The notes under the pieces are model-generated. The model was not told where the DNA came from. It was given only the letters and a program-made list of their open reading frames with translations, and searched no databases. Position numbers and translations under genes: made by a program. Shown piece after piece: positions 1 through 8,978 of a DNA stretch of 28,529 nucleotides. This DNA is from Bdellovibrionota bacterium FG-2. GTDB lineage: Bacteria; Bdellovibrionota; UBA1018. How positions within the stretch are numbered: the first letter of the stretch is position 1; each line of letters opens with the position of its first letter. Where the stretch lies: assembly GCA_051382305.1 (NCBI GenBank), contig JBBCAV010000124.1, positions 1 to 28,529 of the forward strand. Reading direction: 5' to 3'.

Positions 1-870
1 GGGGGTTTTTTGGGCGGAATTCCCGTGGGGTTGGGGGCCGTTACCGGAACCACCGACGCTTTGCATCGCCCTAAACACCCCCGCAAAAAAATCCACCCCC
101 AGAGAGTCGGCACCGCCATAAAAAATCACATTTGAGTTCCCTGCAAAAATCTGCTGATACCGCCCCCTCAGCTCGCCTTCACCCGGGCCAAAAGTCATGA
201 GGACTCGGCAACTCAAACCTCCCCGATCATGAACAAGACTTCGAACCAGAGTCTCATAATGGGCCGCCGGCCAATTCAAGGCGGACCCGCCCATTCCGGG
301 GTGAACCGCAATCCAAAGCACGCCCGGCCCGCAGACTTTTTCGGCAAGCCACATTGCCGCCTTGTCCAGCACTTCTTGCGACACCACAACCTCCGTCTTA
401 AATTGCCCGGAGTTTGTGCAGATTCCCAGTCCCGCGAGCAAATCAAGGTTATACTCCGACTCATGCTTCGTAACTTGGGAGCGGCGCTGCCGTACACCTC
501 TATTAAAAAAGAGATAGGAGTGAATTTTGCTCATCGGCCCCAAACGCAGCGGAATTCCCGCCAAAAAAGCCGCCGCCGCAATCTTCAGCTCCGTCTGCAA
601 AACCACTATTGCGTCAAAGCGGCCTGCTCTAAAATCGCGAATCAACTGCACGAATCCTGAAAAGCCACGATGTCGCCCTTTGGGATCAAAGACCAAAACT
701 TCATCGACGTTAGACAAACCGCGAAGCAAGGGGGCAATCTCAGCACGCACAGATACACTTATATAAGCGTTAGGATAACGATGCCTGATCGCCGCAAAAA
801 CAGGAGTAGAAAGAATCACGTCCCCTAAGCGGTCCGGACGAACAACAAGAACACGCAAGACCTCACCCAA
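1..870 (-). CDS. Glycosyltransferase family 9 (LPS heptosyltransferase-like), 3' end runs off the window
   Basis: Not in the ORF track because it is open-ended. Manual translation from TTG at 870 gives MGEVLRVLVVRPDRLGDVILSTPVFAAIRHRYPNAYI, and later VHPGMGGSALNWP and TFGPGE in the same frame. These are GT9 (WaaC/WaaF-like) motifs. Starts 4 nt after the cmk stop. Confidence 0.88.
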   Translation of the reverse strand, partial: MGEVLRVLVVRPDRLGDVILSTPVFAAIRHRYPNAYISVSVRAEIAPLLRGLSNVDEVLVFDPKGRHRGFSGFVQLIRDFRAGRFDAIVVLQTELKIAAAAFLAGIPLRLGPMSKIHSYLFFNRGVRQRRSQVTKHESEYNLDLLAGLGICTNSGQFKTEVVVSQEVLDKAAMWLAEKVCGPGVLWIAVHPGMGGSALNWPAAHYETLVRSLVHDRGGLSCRVLMTFGPGEGELRGRYQQIFAGNSNVIFYGGADSLGVDFFAGVFRAMQSVGGSGNGPQPHGNSAQKTP

Positions 871-874
871 TATT

Positions 875-1594
875 TCAGGAGACTCGCTCACGAACAAGCC
901 CTTCCATCCGACTCACAACCTGATCAAGGGTGAGTGAGGTTGTGTCGATTTCGATGGCATCGAGCGCGCGCTTCAAAGGCGCAACACTTCGGGTCGTATC
1001 GCCATGATCCCGCTGCTCGATTTGCTGTTTGACCTCTTCAAAAGACGGGGCGTCTTTTCCAATCGTTTCTAATTCCTGCAACCTGCGTTTTGCGCGTTCT
1101 TCCACACTCGCTGTCAAAAAGAACTTCACGTCGGCATCGGGAAAAACCACGGTGCCAATATCCCGCCCCTCAAGAATCGTTCGCCCCACGCATCCCAACC
1201 GACGCTGCAAACTCAGCAGCGCCGCCCGCACCTCGGGAATCGCCGAAATCCTCGACGCCGCCATACTCACCTCGGGCGTTCGGATCAGGAGACTCACATC
1301 GCGACTATCAGCCAAAATCCGATTCTCGGGGTCCGCCCCGGCGATGCGCCGAAACTCGAAGTGCGCGGTGCGCGCCGTCTCTATTGCTTGCCCTACTTCA
1401 AGCTCAGGCGTTCCGAGCTTCTTTTCTAAAGTGAGCAGCGCCAAAGCGCGATAAATCGCGCCGGTATCGACGTGCACATAACCCAAGGCCTGGGCCAAGC
1501 GCCGGGTGGCTGAGCTTTTGCCCGTACCTGCAGGACCATCAATTGCGATCACCGGACCCAGCTTTGGACCATCTATTGAAAAGGGCATGCCCAC
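875..1594 (-). CDS. cmk: Cytidylate kinase
   Basis: IAIDGPAGTGKSS P-loop, DTGAIYRA, EGRDIGTVVFPDA, RD..D..R..APL motifs. Confidence 0.97.
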   Translation of the reverse strand: MGMPFSIDGPKLGPVIAIDGPAGTGKSSATRRLAQALGYVHVDTGAIYRALALLTLEKKLGTPELEVGQAIETARTAHFEFRRIAGADPENRILADSRDVSLLIRTPEVSMAASRISAIPEVRAALLSLQRRLGCVGRTILEGRDIGTVVFPDADVKFFLTASVEERAKRRLQELETIGKDAPSFEEVKQQIEQRDHGDTTRSVAPLKRALDAIEIDTTSLTLDQVVSRMEGLVRERVS

Positions 1595-1597
1595 CCA

Positions 1598-2191
1598 CTA
1601 CACCACGGCTCGCACCTTGGTGCAAGCCCACTGAATACTCTCCCATTCCTGCTGAAAACGCTGCAGAACTTCAGGAACCCAAAGCTCGGGCGAAACGCCA
1701 AGTTCGGCAAGCCCAATGGCCGGTACCGGCGCACCTTCAGGATCGATATTGATTCCTGAATGCATGAGCACGGACACGGGAGACGCCGTCACGATGGAAA
1801 CAGAAAGTTTACGAGCATGTTCCCCCTCACCCACAAAAAGATCATCCCCCGAGCGCCGAATGCGTGGGCCGCCCGCTTGAATCAGTTTTGCATTGAGCGA
1901 TTCAGCCAAGCTCGCCATAAAAAGCCGCTGAATCCAAACGCCCTCTCGCAAGGTGGCGCCGAAAAACTCGCCCATAAAATGAACCATCCACTTGGCTTTG
2001 ATGTGATCTGAGACCAGGCGGTCTTCCCAATCCACGAGATGCTCTGTTTTGACAGCGCAGCCGCCAATAAAGGCTCCTAAGGATTGCCCCTTCAAGCCAA
2101 GGCGGGAGAGTAAAAAATGGGGCGCAAGCTCCACGCCGGTGTAAGCAAGTTCTTGTTTCAAGAAATAGGTCGAGAGTTGAGAGAGTGACAT
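1598..2191 (-). CDS. DUF366-like protein (biotin/lipoate ligase-like fold, function unknown)
   Basis: YTG.EL, VDWED, MVHF..E, QRL, RSGDDLF, RKLSVSIVT.SPVS...HSGINI and AIGL.ELG match the DUF366 pattern as recalled. ATG at 2191 (5 nt after the queC stop) preferred over the TTG at 2230. Confidence 0.8.
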   Translation of the reverse strand: MSLSQLSTYFLKQELAYTGVELAPHFLLSRLGLKGQSLGAFIGGCAVKTEHLVDWEDRLVSDHIKAKWMVHFMGEFFGATLREGVWIQRLFMASLAESLNAKLIQAGGPRIRRSGDDLFVGEGEHARKLSVSIVTASPVSVLMHSGINIDPEGAPVPAIGLAELGVSPELWVPEVLQRFQQEWESIQWACTKVRAVV

Positions 2192-2196
2192 AAGTG

Positions 2197-2844
2197 CTAG
2201 GAGATTAGTGCGCGCGCGAGCCTTTGGCAAGACTCACATTGCTGACAAGGCCTCTCGCCGCCCAAGTAACAGCTCCACAAAAGCGCAAAAGGAAACGAGG
2301 GAACCTCTCGCTTGAGCCTGGCCACAATCTCGGCTTTGTTGAGTGTCACCGTATGGCAACTGACGCGAACTGTTCCGCGAGTCGAAAACTCGAAACTGTG
2401 ATTGAGGCTCTCCATGAAAGCCGCCGAATTATCGGGAAACGTCTGAGCCTCTTCTCTATTAAAACCCACCAAAACTTCAGAAGCCCCAAGGCTTTCGGCA
2501 AAGGCCGCTGCCACGTTAATCAAAACCCCGTTTCGGTTGGGAACCCAAACCTTGTCCGCGGACTTTTGCGTGACCGCCCTGTTATCGAGATCAAGTTTTG
2601 CAACTTGCGGAACCACGGCCGCGCTCTGTGTAAGCGAACTCACCCCGAGTCCCCCCAACCAGCGAAGATCAAGGACTTGGAGCTTAACGCCGAAGTGCTT
2701 ACAGAGCGCGTTGGCGGAACGGATTTCACTTTGGGCTGCTTTTTGCCCATAATCAGCTGTGAGAGCCAAAACACAGCCAGAATCCGATAGCGCAAGATTT
2801 GCGGCAGAATCCAAACCTCCAGATAACAGAACGACACAACTCAT
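2197..2844 (-). CDS. queC: 7-cyano-7-deazaguanine synthase
   Basis: LLSGGLDS PP-loop, DYGQ, VPNRN, FPD, K.EIV and the Zn site WSCY-x6-CQQCESC. Confidence 0.94.
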   Translation of the reverse strand: MSCVVLLSGGLDSAANLALSDSGCVLALTADYGQKAAQSEIRSANALCKHFGVKLQVLDLRWLGGLGVSSLTQSAAVVPQVAKLDLDNRAVTQKSADKVWVPNRNGVLINVAAAFAESLGASEVLVGFNREEAQTFPDNSAAFMESLNHSFEFSTRGTVRVSCHTVTLNKAEIVARLKREVPSFPFALLWSCYLGGERPCQQCESCQRLARALIS

Positions 2845-2846
2845 GT

Positions 2847-3245
2847 TCAGGCTCGCGGAGACTCACCCAAATAGGTGGCCGAACAACGATCATTCTCAAG
2901 AACGGACACCCGATCAATCCAAACTTTGTGGGAGCCCTTGTTTAGGAGTGTAATCTCGCGTGTTAAATGATCATAGGCGAGGCGGGCGATTTGCTCCGCA
3001 GTGGGGTTGACGTTCTTGAAGTCATCGAGTTGGTTCAAATCCTGATGGTCCCAGCGGACGACTAATTCCTTTACGCTCTTCTTTAGAATCCTAAAATCCA
3101 AAGACATGCCAATGGAATCCAACCCGTTCGAGCGAGCAAAGACGTGCATTTTCCAATTGTGCCCATGGGGTCTTGCGCAATCTCCTTGATAACCCATCAA
3201 GTGATGAGCCGCGGGGAACTCTACTTCAACACGCACTTCAAACAC
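2847..3245 (-). CDS. queD: 6-carboxy-5,6,7,8-tetrahydropterin synthase
   Basis: F.AAH.L..Y.GDC.R.HGHNW, DF..LK, DH.DLN, NPTAE.IA. GTG start at 3245 has GGAGG upstream and overlaps the slt stop by 8 nt. Confidence 0.94.
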   Translation of the reverse strand: MFEVRVEVEFPAAHHLMGYQGDCARPHGHNWKMHVFARSNGLDSIGMSLDFRILKKSVKELVVRWDHQDLNQLDDFKNVNPTAEQIARLAYDHLTREITLLNKGSHKVWIDRVSVLENDRCSATYLGESPRA

Positions 3246-3960
3246 GCGGCCTCCGAGAAAACTTCGCAGCGGATACTTTACGATAGGCGCGCATTTCAGG
3301 AACACCGCGCTTTATCGCTTCATAATAACGCTTCGTCTGGGTCGGTTTGAAGCTTGGGCGCGCAATCAATTCATCGAGTTTTGTGGGACCCACGTTGTAG
3401 GCCGCAATCAGAAAATAACTTGAAAGCCCCTCATAGCGCTCTCGCAGAACTGAGAGATAGGCGATTCCGAGCGTCAAATTCATAAAAGGATCGGTTAGAA
3501 TCCTCTCCATCGCTTTTAGGACCTCGGACCCTTGCTCGGGCAATCCCAAAATTCCAGGAAGCGAAACCTCACCAGAGCGTGCAACCATCAAAGCAGTGGC
3601 CGGCATGAGTTGCATTAAGCCCACGGCTCCCGCAGGAGATATGACCTTAACCCGAAAATCACTCTCGACTTGGATCAAAGACAATATAAACGCTGGATCA
3701 AAACGATACTTACGACAAAGTGTGACCAAATGCCTTGCAAGTTTAGGGGCTTGCGACTGCGGGAATAAATCCAAATTATCGGTCAAAACATCGGAAACGC
3801 GCTGAGTCGGGATCAAATGATAGGCATCAACGCGAGGAGCGTGAGCCAGGCTAAAGGAAAAGTCATCGCTCGGGTCAGCTTGAATCAAGCTGATCGTGGC
3901 CACCGCGCCCACAAGACCCAAAACCGAAGACCAATTGATGAGACGTCCAAAAAATTTCAT
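3238..3960 (-). CDS. Lytic transglycosylase (SLT domain) with N-terminal membrane/signal segment
   Basis: IQVESDF (catalytic Glu), SPAGAVGLMQLMPATA, AAYNVGP; hydrophobic N-terminus. Start is 3960 or 4002. Confidence 0.9.
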   Translation of the reverse strand: MKFFGRLINWSSVLGLVGAVATISLIQADPSDDFSFSLAHAPRVDAYHLIPTQRVSDVLTDNLDLFPQSQAPKLARHLVTLCRKYRFDPAFILSLIQVESDFRVKVISPAGAVGLMQLMPATALMVARSGEVSLPGILGLPEQGSEVLKAMERILTDPFMNLTLGIAYLSVLRERYEGLSSYFLIAAYNVGPTKLDELIARPSFKPTQTKRYYEAIKRGVPEMRAYRKVSAAKFSRRPRV

Positions 3961-4171
3961 AATACTTCTTAAAGCAAAAACCAGGCTCAACGAGCGAGTC
4001 ATTGAATATGGCTTAGTCGGTGGACCTTACTCAGAGGGGGCGGCGGTGTAAAGGGAGAAGTGGGAATTAGTGACGCAGAGCAATTAACGCGGGTCTCGCA
4101 TTTGGCGAGGCGCATCACTGAGCGCGCACAATGACAGCAATCGCATTATTCGTGATCGCGAAAACTTATTC

Positions 4172-4200
4172 TTGACATTTCATGATTTGTCATGAACAAT
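4172..4200 (+). promoter_or_regulatory. Putative sigma70 promoter with an overlapping inverted-repeat operator for the TA operon
   Basis: TTGACA at 4172-4177, 17-nt spacer, AACAAT at 4195-4200; perfect inverted repeat TTCATGA-TTTG-TCATGAA at 4179-4196. Confidence 0.6.
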
Positions 4201-4209
4201 AAATATACT

Positions 4210-4425
4210 ATGAGCAAAGCCGTGAAGTTTGCCTCCCAAATTGATGAACATACCCTAAAAGAACTCAAAGCGTTCGTGAAAGAAGCGGATCGCAGTATTT
4301 CATCCGTCCTCACAGACGCGGTTCAAGAATATCTCGATCGCGCAAGACTTCGTCCGGCGTTCAGAAAAGCCGCTCAAGAAGTACTATCTGAGCATTCCGA
4401 ATTGTTTCGTCGGCTCGCCAAATGA
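4210..4425 (+). CDS. Putative ribbon-helix-helix (CopG-like) antitoxin
   Basis: 71 aa. KFASQID..TLKELK.......RSISSVL.DAVQEYL is RHH-like; the C-terminal H.ELFRRLAK is typical of Doc partners. ATGA overlap with the toxin gene. Confidence 0.75.
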   Translation: MSKAVKFASQIDEHTLKELKAFVKEADRSISSVLTDAVQEYLDRARLRPAFRKAAQEVLSEHSELFRRLAK

Positions 4426-4808
4426 CAACCTCAACTTATTATCTGTCCGTGGAAGAAGCCCTAGAACTTCACCGAATGCTTATCGAGCAATTTGGCGGAA
4501 GTCTTGGAGTTCGGGATCTGGGACTCGTAGAAAGCGCTGTCCATAGACCTCAAAGTGGTTATTATGAAACGCTATCACTTCAGGCCGCAGCCCTCTTACA
4601 AAGCTTCGCTCTTAATCATGCATTCATTGATGGTAACAAGCGCATCGCATTTGCTGCAGCAGCAGTGTTCTTAAAGGTGAATGGTTTTCGACTAGAAATT
4701 ACTGCTGCGGATGGCGAGACTTTTATGATCCAGAAAGTGATTCAAGGCAAGTTCGACCTTGAGACACTCGCAGAATGGCTCGAGTCCTGTATGCGCCCCA
4801 TAAAATAG
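4422..4808 (+). CDS. doc: Doc/Fic-family toxin
   Basis: GVRDLGLVESA..RP and the Fic motif HAFIDGNKR; 128 aa; coupled to an upstream small gene. Confidence 0.92.
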   Translation: MTTSTYYLSVEEALELHRMLIEQFGGSLGVRDLGLVESAVHRPQSGYYETLSLQAAALLQSFALNHAFIDGNKRIAFAAAAVFLKVNGFRLEITAADGETFMIQKVIQGKFDLETLAEWLESCMRPIK

Positions 4809-4820
4809 TCCCGCACGCCC

Positions 4821-7800
4821 TCACTGGGTTCCCTCGATTTTCAAAGCATTGAGTTCCACCGCTTGCGTGCCTGAATCAGAGTGAAGGAACGCTTTGAAAT
4901 AGAAACTCCCCGCCCCCACATCATCCTCGAATCTAGCGATGCTCGACTGAATCTGCGCCGCCGTATTGGTTTGAAGGTACCCAGAAGCCGGCACCCACTT
5001 TGCTCCATTATAATAATACCAAACTTGGCCGTTATTCGATATCTGGTACGCCATAGTTCCCGTATTAGCGGAACTGAGGCTTTCGTTAAACGCGCCTAAA
5101 TTGAAATAGCCCGGCCCCACCTTGTTTGTGAGGGTCGGATTTCCCGCAAAGAAGTGGGTCGGCCCCACGCTAACGCGCCCCAGAGAGACCACATCAGAAT
5201 AGTCGGACTCCAGAAAAGCTCTATACTGAAAATACCGATACTTACCCCCCATACTGAGCGCAAACGAAGGAGGACTCAGGGTTGAGTTCGTCAACTCGCT
5301 GAAATAAGTCGCCAACGTCCCGTCTGGTCCGACAAATTCGGGTCCTACGCCACAAGCACTGTCATCACAGACTCGAACTTGAAACTTGATTTGCTTTGAT
5401 CCGCGAAAAAACATGTTTTTAACTGCAGCCGATGCAAGGGCTCTGCGATAGAGAGTAACTTCATCAATGTCTCCCGACCAATACTCTGCGCCGTTGATTT
5501 GCCTGCCCACAGAGGCAGCACTTTTGACTAGGCTGGTTGATACAGTGAGCGAGGAAAGGAGTTCGCCATTTCCGTACAGCCTTTCGGTTTTGCCGTCGTA
5601 GGTGAAACAGACGTGGGCCCATTCGTTGATCGTCCAGAAACTCGGAGCCAAGGTAGTGCTAGGATCCACAGCACTAAAGGTTGTGCCATTGGCTGTTCCG
5701 ACAAGCTGCGCACCGTTTCTTCCAATATCCATGCTATTGCCGGCATTTTGATTCTTATCCGTCACCGTGGGGGAGCCATAGGAGAGAATCCAACCCGAGG
5801 TATTTGCCGTCGTAGCCGTTTTTGCCCAAGCACACATGCTTCTTGAATCATTTACGGAAGGCAATGTTTCCGGATTACCCAAGTCAACGTATCCACTCAC
5901 TCCATCAAAGCGACCCGCGCTACTAAATCTCCCGTAGGTCGTAAGCGTCGCTCCTGGTTTTGAAGTTCCATGATTTAGGAAAGGGGAAGAGTCTTTGACT
6001 TCGCTTGGAGCCCCATTCCAACTTGTCTCATTCATATGTAGGAGGAGGACATTATCCGTCATACCCGTGTTACCACTAAAATAGCCTGACTCAGCCTGCG
6101 GACCTGAAGGGAGTTCTTTTGAAGAGGGGTAAGTTGGAGCCCAGGAAAGTGACGTCCAATTCACGGGCCCCCCAGCATCCATGATTCTTGAGGTAAATGT
6201 TGAGCGTAGATTTGCTGTTCTTGAATAATGATCGCTCACCTCGTTTGCAGTGAGCGCGCGCGTATAGATTGCAACTTCATCTAAGAGTCCCACTAAAGCA
6301 CCTGCATTGCCCCGGCCAATCGAGGTCACCGTAAATGCCCCGGTCCAAGATCCCATACTATTCTTCACTCCATTGATGTAAAGAGCGAGATCTTTGCCGC
6401 CTGAGCGAGTAATCGCGTAGTGAGTCCACTGACCAGGCACGGCTGCGGTCTTTGCAATCAAATAATCTCCGGGACCATAAAGCCGAATGAGTTGATAGGC
6501 AAAATTTATGTCATTTCCACTCCCACTTTTTCCAAAAATCGCGTCTGCGTTGCCTCTGATGCCATCGAGTTTTGCCCACGCTTCGAGCGTAAAATCTTTG
6601 TCGAGGACTTGAGGGGTGATGGTAATCATGCTTGTACCATTGAAACGAGCGGCACTCCCGACGCGACCATAGCTCACCACTGCGGGGCAGGAGCTTCCAC
6701 TACAGGCTCCCACCGAATTCGCTCCCGAGGCGTCCACAAATGACGTCGCGCCCACATTTTCGTCGAAGTGGTAAAGCAAAGTGTTGCCCGCCATGCTTGT
6801 CCAACCCGTATCCACGGCCCCATCGGGATGGTTTAGAGACGCTTGCCTTTAAGGCCAAAGTTTTTTCGTCCCAAGCCGTTAGCGCATGGGTTCCACCCGC
6901 AAAACCAACCGACGCATTATCGCTTTCGTTCTTCTTATCCACCTGATCCACGCTCGCCAATCGGCACACACCGTTGCTCACGAAAAGCTGATTGGGATCA
7001 AACGTATAATTTTCAGCGCTTGGAAAATCAAAAACCCCTGAAAATCCTGGATGGCTGGTGGCAATTGGCGCATCGACACAGGAACTGATTCCACCAAGAT
7101 TATATTGCAAATAGAAAGTTTGAGCGGCGCCAAAAGCTAGGTTCGAGAAAGTAGCAACGCCCTTGTTTGCGGTGATCTTATTTCCAGAAAGTGAACCGAC
7201 GGCTGGCGTCGTGCAATCGCTATTGTTGAAGACGTCAACGCTCGCTTGATCGCTGGTACTTACGATATTTCCATTAGTATCCAAAAGAGTGATGACGGGT
7301 TGCACCGAGAAGGGCACCCCCTAAGGTCGCAAAGGGAGACGGTTTCTGAGTGATGGCAAGCGCGGATGCGTTTCCTGGGAGCGGAGTGATCGCAGTCGGG
7401 TCACAACGGGTGAAACCCTCCAAAGAATATTTCAAGTAAATGGTTTCGGTCTTTGTGTAACTCAAGGAAACAAAGGTCGCGACGCCGTCGGAGGCCAACG
7501 CAGAGTCACCGCTTAGTTTTCCCGTCAGATTTGCATTGGAGTTGCATTCGTTGTCACCAAAAGCCGCGACACTCGCAGCGGCGCTCGAACTGACGGTGTT
7601 GTCAGCAGAATCCGCAAGAGTGATTACGGCGGGATCTGCAAACAAAATTCCCGCAGTCGGGGAAGTGGATGGAGCTCGCGGAGTACGAGCTGAGAAGCTG
7701 GCGCTGCCGTCGTGGGCACCGTAGACGCCGTAGCGGTAATGATTGCGGTGGTGGTCGCCGCCGTCGCCACCTCGGGCACTGAAGAATCACGAGTTGGGCT

Positions 7801-7935
7801 TACACTCGAAACGGAGGGAGACGTTGCAGCAGGGCTAACCGTTTTATCACGCCCACTACATGCGGAACCGCTGACCGCAGGCAAGCAGACGATAATTAGT
7901 CGACAGATGAGTCTGTTTAACAAAATTTTTGACAT
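4821..7935 (-). pseudogene. Large surface lipoprotein (Ser/Thr/Ala linker, two Ig-like repeats, two LamG/ConA-like domains) split by three frameshifts
   Basis: ORFs 7624-7971, 7274-7645, 6700-7317 and 4821-6815 join into one reading frame with single-base changes near 7671, 7317-7321 and about 6832. ATG at 7935 has GGGGGAG upstream and a signal peptide ending GSAC. LamG motifs WTHYAIT..LYING..G.LDEVAIY.RAL and WAHVCFTYDG..LYGNG..GDIDEV.LY.RAL. The breaks could be assembly errors. Confidence 0.8.
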
Positions 7936-7945
7936 GGCTCCCCCG

Positions 7946-7969
7946 GATACGCGCACACGTGTGCGTATC
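7946..7969. repeat. Palindrome/hairpin just upstream of the LamG gene RBS
   Basis: GATACGC...GCGTATC arms; 14-bp perfect palindrome CGCACACGTGTGCG at 7952-7965. Confidence 0.6.
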
Positions 7970-8400
7970 AATTACCAGACAATAACAGTCGACTATTATT
8001 TCAATAAAGAATAAACAGATATTTGATAGCCAGACCATAAATTAACGTTTAATATTAACGAGTTATCGCAAAACTCCCTACATATGCACTTGACGTGAGC
8101 GGGTTTCGCGAAATAGGCATCCAAATCCGATCAATTCCGAAAATTGGCTAGTGGCCCACAAAAGTTTCTATTTATCATGTATCCTCAATTATCCTCAATC
8201 GTAGGATAAATACTGAAGAATTTTGAATAGATAGCAATGACGCAAACGCTCCGTCGCGATACAGGCCTTCAAACTAAAACCGTCAGATATTCATAACCAG
8301 AATTCTTGCGCCGAGTCGACGCTGCCGTAAATCCTAAGCTTAAACCCAACCAGCTCACGTCAAGCGCTTAAGCAGGTATCGTTCGCGTAGCGCAAAATCT

Positions 8401-8919
8401 CTAAAACTCCACCCGCTCGCCACTCAGCGGCAGGGTCATCTGATAGCCGTCTTCTTTACCAACAAAATTTAACGACCCACCCCTAGTGTAAGCATCTTTT
8501 ATTATCCGAGTGACCGTGAACCCGAGCGAATCATAGAGCGCGATAGCCGACTTATTGGACTTCCTTACATCAAGAAGCATCTGCGTACAGCCTTGACGGA
8601 GTGCTCCATTCAATGCTTGCCTCATCATCAACCGCGCAAAACCATGCCGGCGACAATCCGGCGCCACGGCCACGGTCAAAATCTGTGCGTCTTCCAAAAG
8701 TGTCCAAAAGACGATGTAGCCCGCAACCCGCTCATCCGTCTCATCATCAGTCAACACCAAGAAGTGCCCGTGCGGCTTGGCAAGCTCCGCTTGAAAATGC
8801 GCCAGCGTCCAAGGCGCGGCTTGGGAGACATTTTCAATTTCGAGGATCTGCGGAAAATCCTCAGGCACCACGGGACGGAGACTCCAACCTTCAATTTGCT
8901 GAGATATAGGATGAGGCAT
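8401..8919 (-). CDS. rimI: Ribosomal-protein-alanine N-acetyltransferase
   Basis: IE......PWT...F..EL, ILTVAVAP..RRHG.AR, LDVRKSN.SA..LY..LGF, EDG..M. ATG at 8919 has GAGGA upstream. Confidence 0.85.
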   Translation of the reverse strand: MPHPISQQIEGWSLRPVVPEDFPQILEIENVSQAAPWTLAHFQAELAKPHGHFLVLTDDETDERVAGYIVFWTLLEDAQILTVAVAPDCRRHGFARLMMRQALNGALRQGCTQMLLDVRKSNKSAIALYDSLGFTVTRIIKDAYTRGGSLNFVGKEDGYQMTLPLSGERVEF

Positions 8920-8939
8920 AAATTCCTCTTCGCATAAAT

Positions 8940-8969
8940 TTGCGCCGCGAGCAAACTTCATGCTAGATT
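8940..8969 (+). promoter_or_regulatory. Putative extended -10 promoter for thrS (near-leaderless)
   Basis: TTGCGC at 8940-8945, 18-nt spacer, TGcTAGATT ending at 8969, 9 nt before ATG 8979; no Shine-Dalgarno visible. Confidence 0.4.
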
Positions 8970-8978
8970 TCTTTGCTA

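Noticed and set aside
1-60. Unusual GT9 C-terminal motif (GGSGNGPQPHG instead of STGP.H)
   Set aside because: Homopolymer-rich sequence at the window edge, probably low-quality contig-end bases.
1598-3245. dpd-type DNA 7-deazaguanine modification or Qat defence island
   Set aside because: No dpdA/tgt-like, helicase, TatD or nuclease partners are adjacent, and the neighbours are housekeeping genes.
3961-4170. preQ1 riboswitch upstream of the que-containing operon
   Set aside because: No recognisable preQ1-I stem-loop with an A-rich tail on the minus strand; a covariance-model search would be needed to exclude other classes.
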